Source: Heterodontus francisci (lineage: Eukaryota). Taken from it: 64,000 nt of DNA. The position numbers and the translations under genes are program-made. Below the pieces are notes generated by a model. It searched no databases and was not told the origin of the DNA. It saw nothing but the letters and a program-made list of their open reading frames with translations. Location: the NCBI RefSeq assembly GCF_036365525.1, contig NC_090404.1, forward strand, positions 18,111,134 to 18,175,133, read 5' to 3'. Positions 34,545-46,672 of this stretch are shown piece after piece. The first letter of the stretch is position 1, and the number at the start of each line of letters is the position of its first letter.

Positions 34545-37368
34545 GATTTTCGAAGGGGAGGAATTGCAGCCGTGAAATGCAAAGCAAACATCTGATCGGG
34601 ATCTGAAGTCGTTGCCCAATTTAGCGTAACCCGAAAACCACTGGATTTTGAACGTGTTAGGAAAAAGCACTGATCACAGTGGGGAGAAACTGTACACGTG
34701 TTCTGTGTGTGGCCAAGGTTTTAGCCGATCATCTGGCCTGTCGAAACACAAGTGTAGTCACACTGGGAAGAAACCATGTAAATATGGGGACTGTGGGAAG
34801 GGATTGAAGTATCCAGTTGAGCTGGAAACTCATTCACGTAGTCGCACCCTGGAGAGTCCGTTCACCTACTCCGAGTGTGGGAAGGGATTCACTCAATCAT
34901 CCAACCTGCTGGCACATCAACGGGTTCACGCTGACAGAGACATTTTAAATGTCTAGACTGTGGGAATTGCTATTTATGTTGTGCGGAATTGATGTCCCAT
35001 CAACGTGTTCACACTGACGAGACCATTCAGGTCCACTCACTGCGGGACTGGGTTCAGGCAATCCTCTGATCTCACTGTACACCAACATATTCACACTGGG
35101 GAGAGGCCGTTCACCTGCTCTGAGTGTGGGAAAAGATTCACTCAGTCATCAAACCTGCTGACACACCGGCGAGTTCACACTGGGGAGAGGTCATTCTCCT
35201 GCTCTGAGTGTGGGAAAGGATTCACTCAGTCATCCCACCTGCTGACACACCAGCGAGATCACACTGGGGAGAGGCCATTCACCTGCTCTGAGTGTGGGAA
35301 AGGATTCGCTCAGTTATCCACCATGCTGACACACCAGCGAGTTCACACTGGGGAGAGGCCATTCACCTGCTTTGAGTGTGGGAAAGGATTCACTCAGTCA
35401 TCAAACCTGCTGATACACCAGCGAGTGCACACTGGGGAGAGGCCGTTCACCTGCTCTGAATGCGGGAAGGGATTCACTCGGTCCTTCAACCTTCTGACAC
35501 ACCAGCGAGTTCACACTGGGGAGAGGCCGTTCACCTGCTCAGAGTGTGGAAAGGGATTCAAAACTTCATCTAACCTGCTGGCACACCAGCGAGTTCACAT
35601 TGGGGAGAAGCCGTTTCCCTGCTCAGAGTGTGGGAAGGAATTCAAAACTTCATCCAACCGGCTGAGACACCAGCGAATTCACGTTGGGGAGAGGCCGTTC
35701 ACCTGCTCAGAGTGTGGGAAGGGATTCAAAACTTCATCTAACCTGCTGTCACACCAGCAAGTTCACAATGGGGAGAGGCCGTTCACCTGCTCAGAGTGTG
35801 GGAAGGGATTCAAAACTTCATCGAACCTGCTGTCACACCAGCGAGTTCACACTGGGGAGAGGCCGTTCACCTGCTCAGAGTGTGGGAAGGGATTCAAAGC
35901 TTCATCCCAGCTGCAAAGACACCAGCGAGTTCACACTGAGGAGAGGCCATTCACCTGCTCTGAGTGTGGGAAGGGATTCAAAACTTCATCCGAGCTGCAA
36001 AGACACCAGCGAGTTCACACTGGGGAGAGGCCATGCACCTGCTCAGAGTGTGGGAAGGGTTTCAAAGCTTCATCCATCCTTCTGGCACACCAGCGAGTTC
36101 ACACTGGGGAGAGGCCATTCTCCTGCTCTAAGTGTGGGAAAGGATTCACTCGGTCATCCCACCTGCTGAAACACCAGCGAGCACACACTGGGGAGAGGCC
36201 ATTCACCTGTTTGGTGTGTGGCAAAGAATTCGAAACTTCATCCGATCTGCTGAGACACCAGCGAGTACACACTGGGGAGAGGCCGTTCACCTGCTCTGCA
36301 TGTGGGGAGGGATTCAAAACTTCATCCCACCTGCTGATACACCAGCAAGTTCACACTGGGGAGAGGCCATTCACCTGCTCAGAGTGTGGAAAGGGATTCA
36401 AAAGTTCATCTAACCTGCTGAGACACCAGCGAGTTCACATTGGGGAGAGGCTGTTCACCTGCTCAGAGTGTGGAAAGGGATTCAAAACTTCATCTAGCCT
36501 GTTGTCACACCAGCGAGTTCACACTGGGGAGAGGCCATTCACCTGCTCTGAGTGTGGGAAGGGATTCACTCGGTCATCCCACCTGCTGAGACATCAGCGA
36601 GTTCACACTGGGGAGAGGCCATTCACCTGCTCTGAGTGTGGGAAGGGATTCACTCGGTCATCCCACCTGCTGACACACCAGCAAGTACACACTGGGGAGA
36701 AGCCATTCACCTGTTCGGTGTGTGGCAAGGAATTCAAAACTTCATCCGAACAGCTGACACACCAGCGAGTTCACACTGGGGAGAGGCCGTTCACCTGCTC
36801 AGAGTGTGGAAAGGGATTCAAAACTTCATCTAGCCTGCTGTCACACCAGCGAGTTCACACTGGGGAGAGGCCGTTCACCTGCTCAGAGTGTGGAAAGGGA
36901 TTCAAAACTTCATCTAGCCTACTGTCACACCAGCGTGTTCACACTGCGGAGAAGCCGTTCAGCTGCTCAGAATGTGGTAGGGGATTTAAAACTTCATACG
37001 AAGTGCTGTCACACCAGCGAGTTCACACTGGGGAGAGGCCGTTCACCTGCTCAGAATGTGGGATGGGATTCACTCATTCATCCACCCTGCTGGCGCACCG
37101 GCGAATTCACACTGGGGAGAGGCCGTTCACCTGCTCCGAGTGTGGGAAGGGATTCACTTGTTCATCCACCCTGCTGGCGCACCGGCGAGTTCACACTGGG
37201 GAGAGGCCGTTCACCTGCTCCGAGTGTGGGAAGGGATTCACTTGTTCATCTAACCTGCTGAAACACCAGCGAGTTCACACTGGGGAGAGGCCGTTCACCT
37301 GCTCTGAATGCGGGAAGGGATTCCCTCAGTCCTCCAGTCTTCTGACACACCAGCGAGTTCACAAGTAG
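34545..37368 (+). pseudogene. C2H2 zinc-finger array gene, copy 3 (27 core fingers, longest; N-terminal frameshifts)
   Basis: 787-aa ORF 35005-37368. A 1-bp deletion at ~34937 and a 2-bp deletion at ~35018 lie upstream. CCACCATG at 35323. Confidence 0.75.
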
Positions 37369-37767
37369 ATCGGGGATGAGAAGTTTCTGCCAAATGGCGG
37401 ATTTCCAACATTGGGGTTTCGGAAATCAACTAATGGTTTCTCCCTTTCCAACCTTAACTGCTGATAGTTCTGATTTTCTTTAATGCCGGTACAACCACAA
37501 ACCATTTTTAAGTCGTCTTTGTTTTTTATTTTCTTCCACCTCGGTGGAAATGAGCTTCAACCAGGAAAGCAAGTGGTTACAACTGCATACTCCTTCACAA
37601 CGTCAGTGTGTCAGTCTTCTGTAAATGGCAAAACAGGAGGTGTGTGTATACTCAGAGCAGTCGTGGGGAAGGTGTTAGAATCGATCATTAAGGAGGCTCC
37701 GACTGGGCACTTATAAAAACTCAATGTAATCGGGAATAGTCAGCACAGTTTTGTGAAAGAGAGATCA

Positions 37768-38987
37768 CTTCAACATAGCGGCGCCTCATCAGACCCCTTT
37801 CCTATCCTGAGTGGCGTGAAACAGGACTATGTTATCGCACCCACACTTTTTGGGGATTTTCTTCTCCCTGCTGCTCTCACATGCGTTCAAGTCTTCTGAA
37901 GAAGGAATTTTCCTCCACACAAGATCAGGGGGCAGGTTGTTCAACCTTGCCCGTCTAAGAGCGAAGTTCAAAGTACGGAAAGTCCTCATCAGGGAACTCC
38001 TCTTTGCTGACGATGCTGCTTTAACATCTCACACTGAAGAGTGCCTGCAGAGACTCATCGACAGGATTGCGGCTGCCTGCAATGAGTTTGGCCTAACCGT
38101 CAGCCTCAAGAAAAGGAACATCATGGGACAGGATGTCAGAAATGCTCCATCCATCAATATTGGCAACCACGCTCTGGAAGTGGTTCAAGAGTTCACCTAC
38201 CTAGGCTCAACTATCACCAGTAACCTGTCTCTCAATGCAGAAATCAACAAGCGCATGGGAAAGGCTTCCACTGCTATGTCCAGACTGGCCAAGAGAGTGT
38301 GGGAAAATGGCGCACTGACACGGAACACAAAAGTCTGAGTGTATCAACCCTGTGTCCTCAGTACCTTGCTCTATGGCAGCGAGGCCTGGACAACGTATGT
38401 CAGCCAAGAGCGACGTCTCATTTCATTTCATCTTCGCTGCCTCCGGAGAATACTTGGCATCAGGTGGCAGGACCGTATCTCCAACACAGAAGTCCTCGAG
38501 GCGGCCAACATTCCCAGCATATACACCCTACTGAGTCAGCAGCGCTTGAGATGGCTTCGCCATGTGAGCCGCATGGAAGATGGCAGGATCCCCAAAGACA
38601 CATTGTACAGCGAGCTCGCCACTGGTATCAGACCCACCGGCCGTCCATGTCTCCGCTTTAAAGACGTCTGCAAATGTGACGTGAAGTCCTGTAACATTGA
38701 TCACAAGTCGTAGGTGTCTGTTGCCAGCGTTCACCAGAGCTGGTGGGCAGCCATAAAGGTGGGGCTAAAGTATGGCGAGTCGAAGAGACATAGCAGTTGG
38801 CAGGAAAAAAGACAAAAGCGCAAGGAGAGAGCCAACTGTGTAACAGCCCCGACAAACCAATTTTTCTGCAGCACCTGTGGAAGAGCCTGTCACTCTAGAA
38901 TTGGCCTTTATAGCCACTCCACACACCACTGACCACCTCCAGGTGCTTACCCATTGTCTCTCGAGATAAGGAGGCCAAAGAAAGAAA
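37768..38987 (+). mobile_element. 5'-truncated RTE LINE, unit 3
   Basis: Same junctions as the other units; several stops. Confidence 0.93.
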
Positions 38988-39380
38988 GAAATCATGTTTA
39001 ACCAATTTACTGAAGTTCTTTGAAGGAGTAACATGTGCTGTGGATAAAGGGGAGCCCGTTAACGACTGTACTTGGATTTCCAGAAGGCATTTGACAAGGT
39101 GCCACATAAAAGGTTATTGCACAAAGTAGAAACTCATGGTGTAGTGGGGTAACATATTAGCATGAATAGAAGATTGGCTGGCAGAAAACAGAGTATACAT
39201 AAATGGGTCCTTTTCTGATTGGCAGGATTTGACAATTAGAGTCCTGCAGGGGCCTCAACTTTTTCCAATTTATATCAATGACTTAGATGGGGGGAGTGTA
39301 GGCATGGTAGCTAAATTGGCAGATGACACAAAGATAGGTAGGAAAATATGTTGTGAAGAGGACATAAGGAGGTTGCAGAC

Positions 39381-39989
39381 TGTGATAACAGAATTTTCAA
39401 GAACAGAATAATATGGGGACATTTAAGATGAAATAATCAATCATGTATTACTAACAAACTAACTTCGGAGCTGCACAGACAGCTTATCAGTAATGACTTC
39501 ATAGCTTTAGAGCTTCAGCAGACAGCTTATCAGAATTTAATAGTAGCCTATTCAGTGCTGTAGGGACAGCTTATCAGTACAAATAGACTAACCAGCTAAA
39601 ACCTAGCAGGACAGCTGCAGCTGTTGAAGACTAACCCTTTGTATGACAATCAGCCCAACGTTCCCAGGAGATAAGGGAATAAGAAACTGCTTGAGGAGAG
39701 GGCGACAAGGCCGTGCCCCAATCAGGCCCTGACACCAAGAAACTGCAAAGTTTGTGAACCAATTGGGAACATAAAGGGGGTGTCACTAATTTGTAAGAAG
39801 AACTATAAGAAAGGCTTGAATTCCCTCCTCCAGCACGGAGGAAGAGGGAGGAGAGCCCAGGTGTTGTTGTTGTTCGCTTTGCTGATGATGTAACCACTAA
39901 GTACTACAATAAAGTTTCTTAAAGCTCCAGTCGGACTTCGTCTCTTTTTGGTGTAACCAATGAGAACATAACAAAACTGAGATCCAACA
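39381..39989 (+). mobile_element. ERV solo LTR, unit 3
   Basis: TGT...ACA termini, CAGAC TSD (39376-39380 / 39990-39994), AATAAA at 39908. Confidence 0.94.
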
Positions 39990-40506
39990 CAGACCAATAT
40001 ATATAGGTTGAGTGAGTGGGCAAAATCTGGCAGATGGAGGATAATGTGGGAAATGTGAAGTTGTTCACTTTGGGAAGAGGAATAAAAAAGCAGAGTATTA
40101 CTTAAATAGAGAGGGCTCTAGGTATTTTAGTGCATGAGTCACAAAACGTAATAAAGAAGGTGAATGGAACGCTACCCCTGATTACGAGAGGAATTGAAAA
40201 TAAAAGTAAGGATGTTATGCTTCAGTTATACAGGGCATTGGTGAGACCACATCTCAAATACTGTGTGCAGTTTTGGTATCCTTACTTAAGAAAGGAAGTA
40301 AAAGTGATGATGGAGGTTCAGAGGAGGTTTACTAGATTGATACCTGGAATGAGCTTGTTGTCTTATGAGGAAAGGTTGGACAGACCGGGCTTGTTTTCAC
40401 TGGAGTTTAGAAGAGTGAGGGAGACTTAATTGAAGTATATAAGATCCTGAATGGTTTTGACAAGGTGGATGTGGAAAGGATGTTTCCTCGTGTGGGTGAG
40501 TCCAGA

Positions 40507-43500
40507 GTAATTCTGTTCGAGGAATTTAAAAACTCTCTCCCACTCTCAATAAAGACCCATGTAGAGGAGCAGTGCGTTCAGGGAGCCCGGCAAGTGGCCG
40601 TTCTGGTTGATGAGTGTTCTTTAATATGTAAGTCCGTTTCCCAGTGGAGAACCTTTCCTAATCACCTCCACAAATCCAAAAAGGACAAAGGGTGGGAAGG
40701 TGATCTCCCCCCAGCCAATCCTGAGAGAGAAAGGAAAGCAGGAGACACAGGGGGCCCTCCTCCAGTCAAGAAGGAAGGTGCTGTGAGCAAGAGTGAGACC
40801 TGGAGACCTGTGTGCTTCCATTGTAATAAAGCAGGGCATTTAAAAGCTGACTGCTGGAAACTAAATGGGAAACCAATATGTTTAATCAGGGCACACCTGC
40901 TCAGTGAAGACAGGGACCTGATGCAAAGCACAGCAGAACAAGCTGTGGCTTTGACTACAGTAAGAGTCAGACTCAGGAAGCTTACTACGGTCAGTGCAGG
41001 AAAAGCTAATAGGATTCCTGAAGGTTATCAGGGTTTTGTGTCTGAAGGGAAAGTAACCCCATACCCCTTGAGTGGGGCAAGCAAGCCCATAGTGATTCTT
41101 TGGGACCACGAGATCCCTTCTTAGGGACACAGGTGCCACTAGATCCCTTTTACTGGGAAAAGGCCTGACCTTTCCCCCAGAGCGTGCAGTGAACACCAAC
41201 ATGGTGGTGAATGGTATTGGAGGTCAGTGTATGCCTGTACCTGTACACCGGGTGCACTTGGAGTGTGACCTAGTTTCGGGATCGGTTACCGTTGGGATTG
41301 TCCCTAGATTGCCTGTGGACAGGGTTGACCTGCTCCTAGGTAACGGTCTGTTGGGGGTGAAGGTGGTGGTCCCCCAGACGTGAAAGAAAGACCGCAGGAG
41401 GTCAGAGAGACAGGGCTGTGGCAGGAGACGGTTCCCTGCAGTTTCCCTAAATGTGTAGTGGATCAGGCCATGAGCAAACCAGTTCCTGCAGAGGAGACTG
41501 CATTGGCACTGTGTGCAAATGAGCTCGAGGTCTGCCTGTCCGAGACTTTCTTTGGAAAGTTAGGAGACCCAGGGAATGAATTAAATGGATTTTCCCGAGG
41601 TGAGGCTCAGCGAGCCGACCCAGTATTGCGAGAGTTAGCACAGGCTGCCCAGTCTGAAAGTGAAGCCGAGGGAGTCCCTGATTGCTACTGTTTAAAAATG
41701 AGGTACTGATGAGGAAATGGAATTCTCCTCACAGACCTGAGGGAAAAGAGTGGACAGTAGTTCATCAGTTCATTGTGCTACAGAGGGACCAGGGAGCAAT
41801 ATTGAGAAGGGCCCATGAGACTACAGTAACTGAACATGCCGGTATATGAAAGACCAAAGCCCACATAAGACAGTAGTTTGACTGGCTAAAACTCCACAAA
41901 GATGTGGTGGAGTACTGCAGGAGTTGCTACATGTGCCAGGTTGAGGAGAAACCCCAACCTACAGAGAAACCTCCTAAGTCCTGTACCGGTGTTAGGAGGA
42001 CTCTCCAGCCAAGGGCTGGTGAACTGTACGGAATCCATGCTGAGAACAAAAGGGGACAAGCAGGCACACGGCTGGCATAGGTTTGGAAAGAGAAGGGGAA
42101 AACGTGACCAAGAGGGCAGGTTAAAGAAAGTCCGGGAGGAATCCGGATAAAAACCCCGACTGTGTGGTCAGCCAACCCCAAAAAATTTGAAAAGTTAGAC
42201 CCCGCCTCTCGGTGGCACAGATCCATGAGGGTGATGCCTCACCTAGTCGAAGTGCCAAGGGAGAGTGCAGCCGAGTCTGCACACATACCTGCAGGTAGGA
42301 GTGTCCCAGAGAACAGAGGGGAGATTAACAAAGAATTCTCCCCCACAGTCAGAGGAAAAGTGCACCACCTATCCCCTGAAGGCAAAAGGCTTTGCATGAT
42401 TCAGCAAAGCACTGAGAGAGAGTTCAGGATAGACCCACCCACCACTAACTCTCCTGGGGGAAAAAAATGACCCGAAAAGGAACAAAACCTAAGGCAGTCA
42501 TGGGAATGGGCAAACTGAAGAAAAGCTTCCCCTGAAAGAACGACCTGGTTACTGGGATGCCAAAAAAGGGGACATTGAAGCAACATCGGCACCCAGAAAA
42601 GACAATTCTAATAGGCTTTAAGATTGCTGAAGGAATGGAAATGAATGAGAGAAATGTATCTTATATTTCTCTCAAAATTGTAATGAAATGTGCCATTTTT
42701 TTTTCAAATCGCATTTCATTCCCCTGGGTGTGGAGGTGTCATGCAGGCCCCCACCTGCCAAGAATGAGACACATTAATTTTGCCACATGGACATTAAAAC
42801 TTAACATTGTTGCTTGGAAGAAAAGAGGGCCTATGACAAGGAATTGCCAGGCCCCTCGTCAGAAAGGCCTTTTATGCATACGAGCAGACAGCATTGGAAC
42901 AAAGGAACCAGTCCCTGCTTCCCAATATACAGAAGACGTGGTCAGACCAGTTTAGTCACATGACTAACTGGCTGTGGCAGGAATTTGAACTTGCCACAGA
43001 GTTTTGAACTGAAACTCAGAAAGCTGTTTGCTCCTGGACTGAAAAGACCTCTCTCCTTTCTGCTCTCATTTCTTTCTCACCAGCTTTGGAATCCATTGAA
43101 GATACAGGAACCCCAAGAGAGAAATGTCTCCTGCAGTGAACAAGGTTTAAGAATACCGGGCCCCAACGAAAAGCAAGAATGACTTCCAAGCAAGAACGAC
43201 CTACAAAAGGACTACAATGAGCCCGAAGCACAGTAACAAGAAACTCTTCTGATATTGCCTCAAACTTCTCCACTTTATTTTTTTTCTTCCACTCTTTTCT
43301 GTCTCGACTTGCATGTGTGTATTGCATATGCATGCTAACTTGGGGGCACGGCGTGTATCCATAGGTGTTAACCGAATTAGAGTTTAAGTTTAAATTTTAA
43401 TAAATTTCACTTTTCTTCTTTAAACCTAAGAAGGCCTGTCTGTGTCATTTCTTTGCTTTATAATTGGAAAGCAGTGATCAAGGATTCGCTAAGGGGGAGC

Positions 43501-43597
43501 TCAAAACACACCGTGTTTAAAAATTAATTCCTGTTACAGTAAGATCAGGTGAAGGCTGAAAGACACCCCTAGACATCTTTCTCACCTGGTCGTAACA
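40507..43597 (+). mobile_element. Gmr1-like gypsy remnant, unit 3 (LTR 42737-43597)
   Basis: Intact CFHCNKAGHLKADC knuckle in ORF 40465-41124; PR, INT-HHCC and LTR. Confidence 0.82.
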
Positions 43598-44217
43598 ATA
43601 TGGAATTGGCTGAGTGACAGGAAACAAAGAGTAGTGGTGAAGAGATGTTTTTCAGGCTGGAGGAAGGTTTGTAGTGGAGTTCCCCAGGGGTCAGTGTTGG
43701 GACCTTTGCTTTTCCTGATATATATTAATGGCCTAGACCTTGGTGTACGGGACACAATTTAAAAAGTCTGCAGATGATATGAAAATTGGAAGCATTGAGA
43801 ACTGAGGAGGCTCGTGTCGAACTCAAAAAGGACACAGACAAGTTGGTGGAATGGGCCGACAGGTGTCAGATGAAGCTCAATGCAGAGAGGTGAGAAGTGA
43901 TTCATTTTGGTCGGAAGAACATGGAGACACAGTATAAAATAAAGGCTACAATTCTAAAGGGGGTGCAGGAGCAGAGGGACCTGGGTGTATACGTGCATAA
44001 GTCATTGACGGTGTTCGGATAGGTTGAGAGAGCAGTTAATAAAGTATACAGCATCCTCGGCTTTATTAACAGAGGAATAGTGGACAAGAGCAAGGAAGTT
44101 ATGTTGAAGTTGGAGATGACACTAGTTTGACCTCAGCAGAAGGCAGGGGAATATTGCTCTTTCGGAGAGCAGGTACGGACACAACGGGCCGAATGGCCTC
44201 CTCCTTCTGTGATTCTG
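43598..44217 (+). mobile_element. CR1 host B, unit 3 (internal ~430-bp deletion at ~44137)
   Basis: CCTCAGC joins directly to AGAAGGCAGGGGAAT near the CR1 3' end. Confidence 0.8.
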
Positions 44218-44219
44218 CG

Positions 44220-44623
44220 AAGCCCCGCCCCACTCTCTCCCGCGACCACCTCCCTCTCCGCCTCCGCCCCGGTCTGGTCGCGCATGCTCACCTCACACCG
44301 CCCGCCTGGCTGATGGACATCAGCTCCGGACCAATTGGAAGAGCGTTTGGGGGGAGGGGCGTGGCTGGAGGCCCGCTCGGGCGACGGGTCTGCCAACGAA
44401 ACGGAGCGTGCGAGGGGGCGGGGCTTGCGCCAAGGAGGGGGCGCGGTCTTTCCCTTCAGTCCCGCCCCACTCGCGCTATTGGTCGACAGCCGCCGTCAAC
44501 TCATCGGAAAAGCGTTCTCTCAGGTCAAAGATCAAGAGCCGTGTGCGCAGACTCGTTTTCCTCCTGGGATGTTCTACTGGAGTCGTGTTGCTGAGTGTGT
44601 CTAAACTCTGTCTCCCTATCCCG
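44220..44623 (+). promoter_or_regulatory. CpG-island promoter/exon 1 of ZF copy 4 (most diverged)
   Basis: GCGCATGC, CCAATTGG and GC boxes retained; donor GT at 44624. Confidence 0.7.
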
Positions 44624-45396
44624 GTAATGTCGGTGGATTGGAGGTTGCTGTGAGTGTTGGACTATGTTGCCTCTCCTCATTCTTCCTCCTTCTCCCACTC
44701 CGAGTTCCAGGCTGCAGGCTCTGGTGGCTCAATGCACCTGGAACGTTAACCCTGTTTCTCTCTCCACAGATGCTGCCTGACCTGCTGAGCATTTCCAGCA
44801 TTTCCTCCTTTTAATTTCAGATTTTCAGCATCCCCAATATTTTGGTTTTATTTTATTGCAAGTGTTGCTCACAGAACTGAGTCAAGAAACACAGACGGAC
44901 CAGTTAAGAGCTGGTGTTTATTGGGAGTGGGAGTTGGATGTGGCATTTGCTCTCTGACCTCCTGTGTTGGTCTTTTTTGTTGCATCAGTTTGATCTGGAG
45001 TGGAGATGGAGGAGAAGCAGCTTTAATCCCGAGAACTTGTGAGCCCAGTCGGGCCCAACAGTTTCCAATGTGAGAGGGTCAAGGGTGGGGAGGCCGCTCA
45101 ATAAACACCAACCACTCAATGTGAAAGAGTATTGTTTCAGTAACAAGTATTTCTGTCGAGGCTTTTAAGCCATTTTACATATACAGAAGTTGTTCCTTCA
45201 TTCTTGGGAGATGGCCGTCACTAGCCAGACCAGCATATATTGCCAGTCCCGTGCTGTCCATTGAGATGGTGATGGTGGGCCTTCTTCTTAAACCGCTGCA
45301 GTCCGTGTGGTGAAGGTGCTCCCACAATGGTGTTAGGGAAGGAGTTACAGGATTTTCACCCAGTGATGATGAAGGAATGGTGATATATGTCCAAGT

Positions 45397-46257
45397 TAAC
45401 ATCAACTTGTATTTAAACTGCACCTTTAATGTAATAAAATGTACCAGAGCATTTCACAGGAGTGTTAGAAAGCAACATTTGACACTGAGCCACATAAGAT
45501 ATTTGGGCAGATGATCAAAACCTTGATCAAAGAGATGTGTTTTAAGAAGTGTCTAAAGCATGGAAGGTGAGGCAGAGAGGATTAGGGAGGGATTTCCAAA
45601 GCTTATGGCCTTGGCAGCTGACGTCACGGCCACCTGTGATGGAGGAATGAAAAGCAGGGATGCTCAAGATGTCAGAATTAGATGAGCCCTGATCTCTCGG
45701 AGGGTTGTAGGTCTGGAGGAGATTATAGAGATAGTGAGGGGCGAGGGCATGGAGGGATTTGAAAGCAAGGATGAGGATTTTGAAATTGAGGTGCTGCTTA
45801 ACTGGGAGCCTGTGTAGGCCAGTGAGCACAGTGGTGATGTGTGAACAGGACTGGGTTCAAGTAAGTACACAGGTAGCAGAGTTTTGGATGATCTCAAGTT
45901 TACAGAGGGTAGAATGTGGGAGGCCGGCCAGGCGTGTGTTAGAATAGTCAAGTTGAGAGGTAACAAATACATGGATGTAAGTTTCAGAGGTAGATGAGCT
46001 GAGGCACTGGTGATGTCACTGAGGTGGAAATAGGCGGTCTGAGTGATGGCGCCGACATGCAGTCGGAATCTCATCTCGGGGTCAAATATGACACTAAGGT
46101 TATGAACAGTCCGGTTTAGCCTCAGACAGTTTCCAGGGAGAGGGATAGAGTTGGTGACTAGGGAGAGGAATTTGTAGCAGGAACTGAAGACAATGGCTTC
46201 AGACTTCCCAATATTTAATTGGAGGTAATTTCTGTTCATCCAGTACTGGATGTCAGA
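45397..46257 (-). mobile_element. L2 fragment, intron of copy 4
   Basis: Paralogous to 14844-15699. Confidence 0.85.
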
Positions 46258-46672
46258 CAAGTCAGGATGGTGTGTGACTTGGAGGGCAACTTGGAGGTGA
46301 TGGTGTTTGCGCACACCTGATACCCTGGTTTTCTGGATGATGGAAGTTGAGGGTTTGGGAGGTTCTGTCAAACGTCTCGTCGAGTTGTACATATATGAAA
46401 TACCTCTCCTCTCCCTGCCCCTCCTCCTCCCTCTCTCTCCTCCCAAAGAGAGCAGAGTCGTGTGTAGGTCCAGACTGGGTGGTAAGTTCCCTTCCCTGAA
46501 GGACATTAATGAACCAGTTGGGTTGTACATCAATCCATCAGCGTTCATAGTCACTTTTTCTCGTACTGCCCCCTAAAATTACCAGATTCATTCAGCTCCA
46601 TTTCACACCCTGCCTTTGTGTTTTTGTGAGTTCTGTCACAATTTTTTTTTCTGTTTTCAATCAATTTCACAG

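Larger units (their letters stand above)
37658..40506 (+). mobile_element. CR1 host A, unit 3 (3' end deleted)
   Basis: Paralogous to host A; fused to gypsy gag at ~40505. Confidence 0.83.

Noticed and set aside
34937-35022. Compensating 1-bp + 2-bp deletions restoring the copy 3 frame
   Set aside because: The net frame is restored, but the shifted segment contains TAG (34954) and TGA, so no full-length protein results.
45664-46554. 296-aa minus-strand ORF as a host gene
   Set aside because: Patchwork of repeat fragments and L2 ORF2 in mixed frames; broken in the other units.
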